A stretch of 64,000 bases of DNA, taken from the NCBI GenBank assembly GCA_016188475.1, contig JACPHT010000007.1, forward strand, positions 80,467 through 144,466, in the 5' to 3' direction. The notes beneath the pieces are model-generated. The model was not told the origin of the DNA and ran no database searches. It saw nothing but the letters and a program-made list of their open reading frames with translations. The stretch comes from Candidatus Uhrbacteria bacterium. Its GTDB lineage: Bacteria > Patescibacteriota > Patescibacteriia > UBA9934 > GWF2-40-263. The position numbers were made by a program, and so were the translations under genes. The stretch's first letter is position 1. Every line of letters begins with the position of its first letter. Shown here piece by piece: positions 48,401 through 56,531 of this stretch.

Positions 48401-51400
48401 TGCAACATAAACGCCACATCCTGCGCTGTTCCTCCTTGAGCGGCTTTATAATTGTCAGGAGTGTCTTTTGATGTCCACGCGTTCCAAGTGTAACTTGAAT
48501 TCTGTAAAGCCTGTCCGGAAGCGTCGCAATCATCTGGCGCGCCGTAAGTTGTCGCGTTGTATTCTTGTTTTTGTCCGACGTAATTTAATGTTTTCAAATC
48601 TGGAGAAACATTGATTGAATCAATACCGCAACTTATATCAGAATTTTTTGTTTTGAATTTCCACGAAAAATCCGTGCCATAATTCGCGCCAGAATCTTTT
48701 AACGGAACATTGGAAGTTGACTTGATTGAAGAACCATTCAAAACAATTCGATACCATGTGTTCGCGGCCATTACTGAACCTGCTTTATAATCAACAAACA
48801 AAGTTTTGGTTTCTTTGTTGTAAGTAACGTTTTGAATCAAATCTGTTTTTTTAAGCTCATTCGCCTCGCAAATAGAATCTTCACACTCATAAAGCGTTAC
48901 CGCAGAAGCTGCAACAGTTGATGGATCAATATCTGTATTGAAACGCGCCCAAGGCTGTGCGTTCACGCAAGCTGTTGAACAATTTGGGAAAAACGCGTCA
49001 ACTTTTGGATCGCTAAAATCGATTTTCAAATCTCCAGTATCCTTTGGTTTATTTACGGCGTTTGTAACTTCAGCTTTAATCTTTGCAGGATTTCCTTTTG
49101 TCTCTTCTGTTGCTTTAACTTTTGAAGAACACAGTGCAGTGCCAACTGTCGGGTCTTGCACGGTTGCGCCAGGAAAATTTGATGACCAATCGATTGTTTG
49201 TCCATCGCATGAAATTGTGAGACATTGATGCTCTTTAGAAATTAACTGCGATGTGTAACCAACACTTTGATCGTCAACTGTTGCTGTAAAATCTGCTGGT
49301 GAAACATTCACTCCGCCGACTTCGCACAATTCATTTTGACCTGCTGTTCTGAAATCCCAAACATAATCCTTTTCCATGAACGCGCCGCCAACAGCATCAC
49401 TCGCGCGCACTCCGCCCTGACCTCCTTTCACAGTCACTTTGATATAAGCCGCTTGAGGAAGCAATTCCGAAGGTGTCCATGTAAACGCTATTTCGTCCGT
49501 CATTAACGAACCGTCGAGTTTTTGCCATGCTTTACAACTTCCATCAGATTTTTCCTCATTACATTTTTCAACAACAATGTTATCCGGCAATGACGTCTGA
49601 TCCATTTGTTTTGTAAATGCCGCAGTAACAACCGCGTTCAAACAAACCGATGACGAACCTTCCCAGTTTTTCCACGGACTTGGAGAAATTGTTTTATCAT
49701 CGCATGCGACTTTTATTGTTGGAGCTTCTGGAATTAAACCGGTTGAAACGCGATACGCAAAATGTGATTCTTTTGGCTTAAGACTGCAATCAGCTTGATT
49801 TGATTTACACGAACCATCATCGCAACAGAATGTGTTGGTCGGACAAGCAAAATTATTTTGACAATCTCCAACAGCAAAATTTACAGAGTTCGAAGTGTAA
49901 CCGGCTTGAGTTGTTGCGAAAACCGGCCCTGTTTTTGCTTGCGCTGGAACCAAAGCATCGGTCACTTTTGTATTTTCCCAAATGATGTAACCGGCTGATT
50001 GTTTGTCAAAAAATGTAACTGTTCCATCTTTAGTTCCCAAATTTTCTCCATAAGCTGTTACAAGTGTTTCAACAGGACCTGCAACAGGATCAAGTTTACA
50101 AACCGCAGGACCTGGAGCGCCGTCAACAATTACAAAATCAACACCGTTTGAAACCTCACCATCTTGACGTTTTAGCGAAAGTTTATATGCGCCAAAGACA
50201 ATTTGATCTCCAAATTCATTCGCGATTTGAAATTCTTCCGGAACTTTTACGATAACTGATGTGTTGTTCCAAAATTGATTGCCGCATTGCGCTGGAAATT
50301 GCGTGTCTCCAAGAGCCAACTTTCCAAGACCGCTTGTAAAATTCACTTGACCTTTCGATGTTCCAAAATCAGTTCCATAAATTGTCACGTATTGTCCGGC
50401 TGGTCCCCAATTTGGCGCTGATTCGCATTTCCCTCCTCCACACGTGTCGTCTTTCGCGCAGACTTTTCCATTGTTCACTCCACCACTACACGCTTTCCAA
50501 CCAGTTTCGACGTATGAAATGTTTGGTTTGGTTTCTGCTTTTGCGGAATCTAAAACAGCAAACGCAAGTTTGTTCGATCCAACACGAACTGAAACGCATT
50601 TTCCGTCTCCTTCAGCGCAAACTTTATTCGCAGAACAATACGCCAGTGTTTCACTGCACCAAGAAGTCGCGCACGAGTTCCCTGCTCCGCAATCACTATC
50701 TTGCGCACACAATTTTCCAGTTTCCTTTCCAACTGCGTCAATACATCGATAATCTCCGGTGAACGCTTGTGTGCTTACATTGCCAGATGACATGTTTGGC
50801 ACAACAGCCTTAACTTGTGTGTCAAGCCAAGCTGAATATCCAGCTGAAAGAAAATCTTTGAAATAAATGACTGACGACCCTTGCTTTGCTCCAAGTCCAA
50901 GTCCAGAAAAAGTTGTTCCTGTCGCGCTCTCGCCTTTTACAGGATCAACATCGCAAAGTCCCGGACGTTTCACAGCGTTTACATCAAAATCAGACGATAG
51001 CGGACCAAACGCATCGTTTGTTTTATCTTTTTTAACATCAGGTCCGGCTGTTGCAACTTCAATCGGCCCATCTTTTGCTCCAACTGGAAGTTGAACAACA
51101 ATCTCTTTGTCGCTCCATTTTGTTTTTCCATTGCAAGAATAAGCAGAAACACTCTTGCTTTCTTCAGGTTTGGATCCAAGAAATGTTATGTTTCCTCCAA
51201 CAGCGCCAAATCCCAAACCTTTGATTGTTACTAAACTTCCGATAGCGCCATCGCCCGGTGAAACAGAATCAATGCGAGGTTTGCTTACACAAACTTCATT
51301 TTCACACACAAGTCCTGGCGAGCATTCTGCTGTTTGTCCACACGTATCTGCCACACATTTGCCGCAATAAAAAACATTTGTTGGATCACCACCGCAGTTC

Positions 51401-52581
51401 ACTCCTGTTTCACCAAATTCTTCGTCAATCTCTGTATTGTCACAGTTTGCGGCTTTAACAACAGCTGAAATTTTTGTTGCTGTTGCTTTGTTGCCTGCGC
51501 AATCAAACGCAGAAGCCCAAAGAGGATAACTTTTGTTTGTAACGTATCCGATTGTGTCCCATTCAACATTCTCGTCTGTTGAAAAAATGTTTACCGTGTT
51601 GTTTCCAACAAGTTTTTGACTGGTTGACAGATCAAGTCCTGATGAATAAAGCGCTTCATCATCACTTACTGAGTAAAAATCTACACTTGAAACTCCTGTG
51701 TCGTCTTTTGTTTCGGCTTGCAAAATCTGAATCGTTCCAACAATAACGGATTGTCCATTCGTTGGAGTTTTCATGCTGATTGTCGGACCTTTTACATCAA
51801 CTCCATCGCCTGTTGTGAAAGAAAATTCATTCAGATTTCCAAACGTACTAAGTTCTGCGCCACTTGTTGACTTAAGAGCGGAATTGATCTTAAGCTCATA
51901 TTCCGTGTTTGCTGCAAAGCAATGCGATGTTGTATTTGGCGCCGGACAAAAAGCGGCTGGAGTGAATTTGACCACGCTTCCTTTTGTTGCAAAAGTTCCA
52001 TCAACCGCGTTTCCACCTTTTTGTTTGATTGTAATTCCTTCTGAAATTGTTGAAGCATTAACGTTCTTTGAAAAAACAAGTTGGAGCTGAAGATTTCGAA
52101 TAGCACTCGCGCATTCTGTATTAACTGAATTGAGTTTGAACGAGGAAAGTGTCCCGTTGTCTGGATACGAACCTCCGCCTCCGCCTGTCCCTGTTGTAAC
52201 ACCCACTCCTGTTGTTTCAATAAGTTTGCCAATAATAAATTGGACTATTCCAAATGATGCCAAAACAATTATCAGTCCAACAATCGCCTGGCTTAAAATC
52301 TTTTTTGCTGTTTCAAGCCGTTTTGTGTTGCCGGCAGAGGTCATGTATAAAAATCCAGCGTAAACAATCATGGCAACCGCAATTATTCCAACAAAACTTA
52401 TTGCTGTTCTGATCAATCGAGCGATGATGAGCTGAATCGAAGGACCTGTTGCAAATCCGGCGTTTTGCGCGAACTCTTTCAAATCAACTCCTTGAGCAAA
52501 AACAGGAACAGCAACAATGAGCCCAACGCTCACAAGCGCGAGAATAAAACCTGACAGAAATGATTTATATTGATGTTTCAT
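42430..52581 (-). CDS. giant (3,383 aa) surface protein: VirB2/TrbC-pilin-like two-helix N-terminus, Ig-like/IPT regions, 6+ tandem Myxococcus-type cysteine-rich repeats (CGDG..ECDDGN..GDGCS..C), C-terminal vWA domain
   Basis: Uninterrupted 10.15-kb ORF. Repeats CGDGIVDYNGDGKNEAEECDDKNTNSGDGCSSSCL x6. vWA with DLTGT...LTGSAIQ...LLADGEAN. N-terminal LIIARLIRTAISFVGIIAVAMIVYAGFLYMTS. Confidence 0.85.
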   Translation of the reverse strand: MKHQYKSFLSGFILALVSVGLIVAVPVFAQGVDLKEFAQNAGFATGPSIQLIIARLIRTAISFVGIIAVAMIVYAGFLYMTSAGNTKRLETAKKILSQAIVGLIIVLASFGIVQFIIGKLIETTGVGVTTGTGGGGGSYPDNGTLSSFKLNSVNTECASAIRNLQLQLVFSKNVNASTISEGITIKQKGGNAVDGTFATKGSVVKFTPAAFCPAPNTTSHCFAANTEYELKINSALKSTSGAELSTFGNLNEFSFTTGDGVDVKGPTISMKTPTNGQSVIVGTIQILQAETKDDTGVSSVDFYSVSDDEALYSSGLDLSTSQKLVGNNTVNIFSTDENVEWDTIGYVTNKSYPLWASAFDCAGNKATATKISAVVKAANCDNTEIDEEFGETGVNCGGDPTNVFYCGKCVADTCGQTAECSPGLVCENEVCVSKPRIDSVSPGDGAIGSLVTIKGLGFGAVGGNITFLGSKPEESKSVSAYSCNGKTKWSDKEIVVQLPVGAKDGPIEVATAGPDVKKDKTNDAFGPLSSDFDVNAVKRPGLCDVDPVKGESATGTTFSGLGLGAKQGSSVIYFKDFLSAGYSAWLDTQVKAVVPNMSSGNVSTQAFTGDYRCIDAVGKETGKLCAQDSDCGAGNSCATSWCSETLAYCSANKVCAEGDGKCVSVRVGSNKLAFAVLDSAKAETKPNISYVETGWKACSGGVNNGKVCAKDDTCGGGKCESAPNWGPAGQYVTIYGTDFGTSKGQVNFTSGLGKLALGDTQFPAQCGNQFWNNTSVIVKVPEEFQIANEFGDQIVFGAYKLSLKRQDGEVSNGVDFVIVDGAPGPAVCKLDPVAGPVETLVTAYGENLGTKDGTVTFFDKQSAGYIIWENTKVTDALVPAQAKTGPVFATTQAGYTSNSVNFAVGDCQNNFACPTNTFCCDDGSCKSNQADCSLKPKESHFAYRVSTGLIPEAPTIKVACDDKTISPSPWKNWEGSSSVCLNAVVTAAFTKQMDQTSLPDNIVVEKCNEEKSDGSCKAWQKLDGSLMTDEIAFTWTPSELLPQAAYIKVTVKGGQGGVRASDAVGGAFMEKDYVWDFRTAGQNELCEVGGVNVSPADFTATVDDQSVGYTSQLISKEHQCLTISCDGQTIDWSSNFPGATVQDPTVGTALCSSKVKATEETKGNPAKIKAEVTNAVNKPKDTGDLKIDFSDPKVDAFFPNCSTACVNAQPWARFNTDIDPSTVAASAVTLYECEDSICEANELKKTDLIQNVTYNKETKTLFVDYKAGSVMAANTWYRIVLNGSSIKSTSNVPLKDSGANYGTDFSWKFKTKNSDISCGIDSINVSPDLKTLNYVGQKQEYNATTYGAPDDCDASGQALQNSSYTWNAWTSKDTPDNYKAAQGGTAQDVAFMLQNGAIELATSLPEWCTSQCLNAGATIKHTQAVCGDGIVDYNGDGKNEAEECDDKNTNSGDGCSSSCLKEGSSLTCGNKIVDAGEQCDDGNTVSGDGCGSTCLNNGSSSVGATCGDGTVDFSPQTGGEDCDDGNTKNGDGCSSQCLFEGAIAKENVFSKCGNSKVESGEDCDDGNAVSGDGCSEKCLDEGASLEYGTPSFCSDSKIGKGEECDDGNNKSGDGCNAKCLNEGASAQYDPPSFCGDGKIQTSEECDVSAGQSLAIGGYAAAQINNNAPKEVDKTTGYAVSTITAEAENVKGDATLKVDCSCESDQACGDTTKLGCGSGSCCFVRPKKKPPYQPPSGNGPGNQGYCRNTAVSVQFDQKMDPKTFGAVDKNNNGKIDNGEISNIRLELFAKNGKYIYANPSLCPSNYQFVTSGEAPSGLFAKIWSVLKNGFWNLFGKDVSAAGNKCLAPVTFKTVDISGGQKIVLEYNDLLEKDSEYQLIIVGDKNTSDGTPFGVLSENGVGLCIGNTCEFGSTTNQFKIGSQVCLLDSVSVADNGKVNKQQYESASSGFFSKKDETHEFEAQALTYRDGLGVYEPINTTLSYSWTWDWGSSYATGKSENIVDLANGDIGKLEKSKFSSVGNNGLEHVIATAKINKDTFNVPTTSGKQTSGSLEVTALVCENPWPALNSTLGFPYIEKTDPTKPSNFGFYYCRDRGLDGTTDDLPSLADPVDVTSVATAGLLQELFFKVQGTPDAIGVRVFQNPNYLSPIAWFESQKFTGTYKELEIDGYQAIQSGNTAYITAANKNGNVIYPNIYVVSYNPNAGADAKEIFAQIFDHWKFNANTTEVSNVGLCKIGNSYVQNDEGDFINCAWDGECLETFENDECTITKNKPASAAECPLASAKNAFCDNDKSKLQNDMQRLTDITTTISALNKYGSQNKHCSVTKNQGCSTDSQCPGTESCVEGYPEVQQGTYVPAMSVSKWESWNAVLSNAVGSTLPKDPIDEFWQGCKSQGEGFDPLTCFNGLQGKFVCPKGSHVYGYQNKYGEKYKLFTQLEYGDSPWNFAIDQFDTDDVTVVAEYLSGLAAVPKGFVSNPLFCADTASWGISAVCGDGVVGQNETCEPGQVKAEYLSDGYVNVSCKDDCSNYQTVAEAQAAGSPKIDFACGNGVLEGSEICDDGAQNGTYGHCGSDCTFTKAFLCGDGYLAGGEQCDCGSIENFASLGNQSWAKINSCESSNGQYGDDPGKTCTYDCKQPGLSCGDKIVNGPEECDGGSQQWAGKLCTDNKTTCETDSDCPSGACGGGNQKQACGSSKVCVEAKDVGKQCGNNNQCESGKCNNSKCLGVDDIGTPCSNNAQCGSKKCSDFTYELTRTRVCKNDCSWPGFSSCQGGDQVCGNGKIEGTEECDDGNKSNNDSCTNGCKKNFCGDEYVYSGVEACDNGIDNVGPNDLNPCEASYDNTCNYCNWQCQYKTLSGSYCGDGIKNGNEFCDGNDQPYWCFNYDTGAEPVKAGNCSKSDALKLGPTGACSAGYTCQYLGVCNGGANNGKPCTLQPPNKTPAEYNASANKFVCGTDSQCVAPVCASDCSGSCPFTLKKTGILVQSELSGAQPLPSVDLYSYFNKEKLSPDNAVLLLPACSVGTKITANIDNSNVTEPNIDIVFVTDLTGTMKLGPDGKSASAPNRRIDIVTEAAKQAIDDLYDAYQGTDGKIRIGLVTYGYGVDYNHNVQDDVIALHPELETSLVPNNPGNKETLKNIIDTYKDNFGGWTLTGSAIQKAIKILDEQSAPENQKFVILLADGEANHALGDYSKYPPEKAIINDNDDKLKCNKMIGDNKKNYNKEDGIWVPYEGTEACIAEARYADGMIFDHIKSGDITFYSAVISDNTTQIAYMEHLSSLKCAGKEMADKNDCTEGNFAYQATTADGIKGMYNKIIESVLESKTTVTATKGTESSSETSITPVGQNVELPLPETFACQNKQTLMPIQTIFNGTGTMNFSNITFEYCPVP

Positions 52582-52590
52582 GCATTTTAT

Positions 52591-52663
52591 CCCTTCGACT
52601 CCGGCAAAATTATTGCCTGAGCCTGTCGAAGGCTTTAATTTTGCCTTCGCTCAGGGAATAAAA
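52591..52663. mobile_element. MITE-like element family A
   Basis: Same architecture as 42355-42422. Confidence 0.75.
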
Positions 52664-52665
52664 TT

Positions 52666-54471
52666 TCACTTTACATTCCCCGGCAATGTGCCCGGTTCAT
52701 ACAATGTCTTACACGCGACAGCAGACGGCGATCCATTACAACAATACGGTTTACTTGAATTTGTTCCGTCACACGCGCCGCCAACTTGCATTGAAGGATA
52801 CATACAAATTTGATACGCGCTTTTTAGACCGTTTGTTACAACAGGATAATAATCATATCCGCCTTCAGCATTGCTTATAAAAGCAGGATGTCCAATTAGC
52901 ACTTTGGTTGTTTTTGCGTCAACATTATCTTCCTTATTTGATGAAAACCACATTGAATAAAGTGGATCCGGCCAAACAGAAACATTTGAACTATTCACAG
53001 TCGAGCCTTTCAGAAGTGTGCTGAATGCAATTTCAAGCGGTGCGTTTTGATCAATCTCTTGACCTCCAATTTCAGGTTTTAACGAAACAATTTTTGGAAC
53101 AGTGTCATTGATCGCGTCTGTTGTGTTGAACGACCAAGAGTAATTATCATTCAAAGCATTGTTTGCGCAAACTGCCAAATCTTTTTCTGATCCACAAGCT
53201 TTCCCATCTCCATTTCCATCAAGCGAATTTCCTGACGCGTCAGTCAATCCATCATATGAAACTCCAATAAGTTGCGCTTGCGGGGGATTGGAATTATCTA
53301 GTGTCGCCGCCTTGCCAGTGACACTCAAATCAGCGGTTGCTGGCAAGCAATAAATCACATCACCGCAGGGATCTTTTGAACACGCGTCAGTGCTTGTAAA
53401 CCCAACTGTTTTGTATCCATTGCTAATTTCATATGTTCCCTGAACATTTCCGGCAACATCTTTTTGAGTAATCGCGATGTTTGTAAATAATGGATTTTTT
53501 TCATCAATATAAGAACCTGTTGAAGACACTGGGTCCATTGCTTCATTGAATGTCATTTCTACAGTCACATTACGCGGTTCTTCTGACGAATTATTTGGAA
53601 TCACAGAAACAACTTTTGGCGGAGTGAGATCGATTTCTGTTGAAACCTCAAACGTCCATCCATATCCGGAGGAATAAGCTCCAACAAAAGCATTTGAGCC
53701 GTTTGCTTTTTTGATTCCTGGTTGAAGCGCGACAGTATAATTCGTGTCCGATGTTGGATTGCCAAGAAGATCAACGGGATCAAAAACGTAAATTGTATTC
53801 TGTTCGTTTGTCACAACTTTTACAGCATCCGTCCCGAGTTTTTTGTCTTTTCCTTTTGCTGTTTCAAAAATATAGACATTCGTGTTGTTAAGTCCGCTCT
53901 CGCCAGAAATGATGGATTTTGGATCTACGGCTTCTTTGAATGTAACGAAAATTTTTGTATTGCGAGGAATTTCAACCGCGTTGCGGGGAGGATAATGGCT
54001 TTCGACAATTCCTGCGCCAAGCGCGCCGGCAAGCGGTTCTTTATATTTTTCAATTACAGCCTTTGAAACAATCTGACCGGAAGTCGCGCCCAAAATCGCA
54101 TTTATGACAAACAACGCGATCGCGTATGAAGAAAAAATAATTAAAACTCCGATTGTTGCCTGAGTGATGATTTTTTTCGCCTTTTCCGTTTTTCCTGCTT
54201 CGCCTTGCGAAGTCATGTACAAAAATCCGGCGTACAGAACAAGAAGAACAAAAATGATTCCTAAAATTCCAAGAAAAGCGCGAATTAAACGCGCGATTAT
54301 TAGGATAATGTTTGTTTGTGGCAAACCAGATGCTTCGGCAGAAGTTTGAAGAAAATCCGTTTGCGCAAAAACAGGATGAGCAAGTCCGAAGAAAACAAAA
54401 ACGCACAGCACGCCAAAGCCTGCCGCGTAAACGGCAAATGAACGCAAGTATGTCCGACTATTATCGGTCAT
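52666..54471 (-). CDS. 601-aa surface protein, paralog of the giant protein N-terminus (pilin-like two-helix module + Ig-like domains)
   Basis: N-terminal IILIIARLIRAFLGILGIIFVLLVLYAGFLYMTSQGEAGKTEKAKKI parallels the giant protein. Confidence 0.8.
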   Translation of the reverse strand: MTDNSRTYLRSFAVYAAGFGVLCVFVFFGLAHPVFAQTDFLQTSAEASGLPQTNIILIIARLIRAFLGILGIIFVLLVLYAGFLYMTSQGEAGKTEKAKKIITQATIGVLIIFSSYAIALFVINAILGATSGQIVSKAVIEKYKEPLAGALGAGIVESHYPPRNAVEIPRNTKIFVTFKEAVDPKSIISGESGLNNTNVYIFETAKGKDKKLGTDAVKVVTNEQNTIYVFDPVDLLGNPTSDTNYTVALQPGIKKANGSNAFVGAYSSGYGWTFEVSTEIDLTPPKVVSVIPNNSSEEPRNVTVEMTFNEAMDPVSSTGSYIDEKNPLFTNIAITQKDVAGNVQGTYEISNGYKTVGFTSTDACSKDPCGDVIYCLPATADLSVTGKAATLDNSNPPQAQLIGVSYDGLTDASGNSLDGNGDGKACGSEKDLAVCANNALNDNYSWSFNTTDAINDTVPKIVSLKPEIGGQEIDQNAPLEIAFSTLLKGSTVNSSNVSVWPDPLYSMWFSSNKEDNVDAKTTKVLIGHPAFISNAEGGYDYYPVVTNGLKSAYQICMYPSMQVGGACDGTNSSKPYCCNGSPSAVACKTLYEPGTLPGNVK

Positions 54472-54510
54472 GACGAAAAGGGTGAAGTTGTGTATACATT
54501 TTAGCGTATT

Positions 54511-55551
54511 TTACAAAGAGATAATAGGAAGAGTGTGGATAGACGTTAACTTTTGTTTCAATTTTTTTGCGTTTCCATGACCTAACAGTCCAAAATAAGA
54601 TTGAAACGTTTCTTTTGTTGGATGCGACTCAATTCTCTGTAACATCCGTCGTCTTGTTACTGTTCGTAATGTTCGATGATCCGTAAAATGAACCCAACCG
54701 AGAAAATCAACGCCGGAGGTAAAAGTCTTCAAAAAAATCTTGTTTGGATGAAGTGTTAAATGAAGATCAAACAGTAAAAAGGAACGTATTGCTGGAATCA
54801 AAGACTTGAGAGATGTTTTGTCATCAGAGAGAAAAACAAAATCATCAGCATAACGAACATAGTGTTTGATATGAAGTTTGTGTTTCACAAATTGATCAAA
54901 CTGATTCATATAGATATTTGAAAAAAGTTGTGATGTGAGATTGCCAAGCGGAAGTCCGATATTCCGCTTATTTTTTGTTTCAAAACTTCCGATGATTTTT
55001 TCAAGAAGCCATATGATGTTTTTGTCTGGGATATACTCTCCAAGGATACGAATCAAAATTCTGTGATCAATACTCCAAAAAAATTGTTTAATATCGCATT
55101 TCAAGACCCAACACGTTCGAGTGTGATTCTGACTAACTTGATAAGCAAAAGCCCGAAATCTGTCGACCGCTTTATGTACTCCCTTCTCGTTTCGACATGA
55201 AAATGAATCGCTTATGAATGTCTTATCGAAAAACGAATACAATATGCGATATAATGCCCGATGTAATGTGCGATCTCGTACTGACGCTTTGTGAATTAAA
55301 CGACGTTTTGGATCTGTGATGACAAATGATTCGTATTTTGAATGTCTGTATGTCTTGTTTTTCAAATCTCTATGTAAATCCAGAAGATTATCCATCAAAT
55401 ACAACTCGAACTCCTGTATGTCTTTTCTTGACCGCTTACCAACAACAAATTCACTCCAAGCACAAAGTAAATTCTCTATCGATATTATCTCTTCAAATGT
55501 ATGATCGAACAAAATTTTGGACACGCAACTAAGTGTACCCCCCCCCCCCAA
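54511..55551 (-). CDS. diversity-generating retroelement (DGR) reverse transcriptase
   Basis: RT motifs with the DGR-diagnostic LPLGNLTSQLFSNIYMN (I/LGxxxSQ) and VRYADDFVFL. N-terminal LFDHTFEEIISIENLLCAWSEFVVGKRSR. ORF-track start is TTG inside a C12 tract; the GTG at 55524 is an alternative. Confidence 0.85.
   Translation of the reverse strand: MGGGGTLSCVSKILFDHTFEEIISIENLLCAWSEFVVGKRSRKDIQEFELYLMDNLLDLHRDLKNKTYRHSKYESFVITDPKRRLIHKASVRDRTLHRALYRILYSFFDKTFISDSFSCRNEKGVHKAVDRFRAFAYQVSQNHTRTCWVLKCDIKQFFWSIDHRILIRILGEYIPDKNIIWLLEKIIGSFETKNKRNIGLPLGNLTSQLFSNIYMNQFDQFVKHKLHIKHYVRYADDFVFLSDDKTSLKSLIPAIRSFLLFDLHLTLHPNKIFLKTFTSGVDFLGWVHFTDHRTLRTVTRRRMLQRIESHPTKETFQSYFGLLGHGNAKKLKQKLTSIHTLPIISL
55538..55549. 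repeat. C12 homopolymer (G12 on the minus strand) at the 5' end of the RT ORF, in the RT/avd divergent region
   Basis: cccccccccccc read directly from the sequence. Confidence 0.9.
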
Positions 55552-55593
55552 CGATTTTTACCGGTTTTAAGTAAAGTCAAGGAGTCGTACCTT

Positions 55594-55920
55594 TTGTGGT
55601 ACAAATTTTATCAGGACTTACCCAAAGTACATCGTCATTCTCTCGGTCAGCGCATTGATACTTTATTTGTTGAAGTGATTGAAGCGATATCGGCCGCCAG
55701 TTTTCTCTCACCGGCGGAGAAACATCCGTATGTTCGTCTCGCGATCAAAAAAGCGGACACCTTGCGCGTACTTCTTTTGGTGCTTTGGGAAACGAAATCT
55801 CTTGATGACAAAAAATACATTGCTCTTTCCGTAAAGTTGGACGAAGCCGGAAAAATGCTTGGCGGTTGGAACGGCCAGCTCGCAAAACAAAACTCTCCAG
55901 CGAAAGCCGGAGAGAAATGA
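55594..55920 (+). CDS. candidate DGR accessory variability determinant (Avd-like four-helix-bundle protein), divergent from the RT
   Basis: TTG start 9 nt after a perfect SD aaggag. LPKVHRHSLGQRIDTLFVEVIEAI resembles the bAvd / four-helix-bundle family (FPKEE.YGLTSQIRRA.VSIPSNI). Basic, 109 aa. The opposite-strand orientation is unusual. Confidence 0.45.
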   Translation: MWYKFYQDLPKVHRHSLGQRIDTLFVEVIEAISAASFLSPAEKHPYVRLAIKKADTLRVLLLVLWETKSLDDKKYIALSVKLDEAGKMLGGWNGQLAKQNSPAKAGEK

Positions 55921-55926
55921 AGAGAG

Positions 55927-56059
55927 TTGCGACACGGCGAACGCGAACCCGTTGTCACGATTCCACCTGTTGTCAGGCCTGTCGTTGTACGCGTTGAGCC
56001 AGCGACCATCGTCGTTACGGTTCGCGTTCAGCAAGTTCGGATCGCCGTCGGATTGCGCG
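55927..56059 (-). repeat. DGR template repeat (TR)
   Basis: 133 bp matching VR (56399-56531). All 14 internal mismatches are at minus-strand adenines. The minus-strand frame is AAC-rich (LNANRNDDGRWLNAYNDRPDNRWNRDNGFAFAV). Confidence 0.85.
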
Positions 56060-56300
56060 AAACATCTTCCATATCACCACCCCTCGAATACTCTCAGGGT
56101 TGAATCGAATCCGGCATTGCAATGCCTTAATGTCTCGCGCCAAGTATCTTCTTTTTTATTGAAGTTTCTGCATGCACCACTCTATCCGAAACCATGGCCG
56201 CGGATACTCTCGATGCATGGATACTGGGGTCGGTAGCGGAAAGCCTTAACCGTCCGCATATTCACCTACTGCCACGAATATTATAGCCGATTTTATATTT

Positions 56301-56344
56301 TATGAAAAAATTTAGCCCTGCTCCGACGGATCGGAACAGGGCTA
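56301..56344 (-). terminator. terminator of the DGR target gene (tagccctg-17 nt loop-cagggcta + T-run on minus strand)
   Basis: 8-bp stem with an internally palindromic loop. Lies about 60 bp downstream of the stop codon. Confidence 0.6.
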
Positions 56345-56359
56345 AGGGCTAAGTTCAAA

Positions 56360-56373
56360 GGGACAGAAGTCCC
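56360..56373 (-). other. small GC hairpin (gggac-agaa-gtccc) ~25 bp 3' of VR, candidate DGR homing-enhancing hairpin
   Basis: 5-bp GC stem with a 4-nt loop just past the invariant VR 3' end. Analogous in position to the hairpin/cruciform described for the Bordetella phage DGR. Confidence 0.3.
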
Positions 56374-56398
56374 GAGTATCTTAGTGTTGAGAACTGAC

Positions 56399-56531
56399 TT
56401 GCTACACGGCGAACGCGAACCCGTGGGCACGATTCCACCTGTCGGCAGGCCTGCCGTCGCACGCGCTGAGCCAGCGACCATCGCCGTAACGGTCCGCGCT
56501 CAGCAAGTCCGGAGCGCCGTCGGAGTCGTTG
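56399..56531 (-). repeat. DGR variable repeat (VR) at the 3' end of the target gene
   Basis: Encodes ...LSADRYGDGRWLSACDGRPADRWNRAHGFAFAV*. The 3' 25 nt (cacggcgaacgcgaaccc) has no adenine on the coding strand and is identical to TR (IMH-like). Confidence 0.85.

Noticed and set aside
54511-55551. Group II intron or retron reverse transcriptase interpretation
   Set aside because: There is no maturase/X or endonuclease domain and no intron RNA domains V/VI nearby. The motif-4 region is LGNLTSQ (DGR type) rather than the group-II QG pattern, and a TR/VR pair is adjacent.
55647-56034. Minus-strand ORFs 55647-56009 and 55708-56034 as protein-coding genes
   Set aside because: They are the DGR template repeat read in frame. 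The AAC-rich Asn runs and identity to the VR explain the ORF, and there is no start context.
56360-56373. Strong claim that the gggac-agaa-gtccc hairpin is a DGR cruciform homing enhancer
   Set aside because: The stem is only 5 bp. It is kept as a low-confidence feature, not a firm call.
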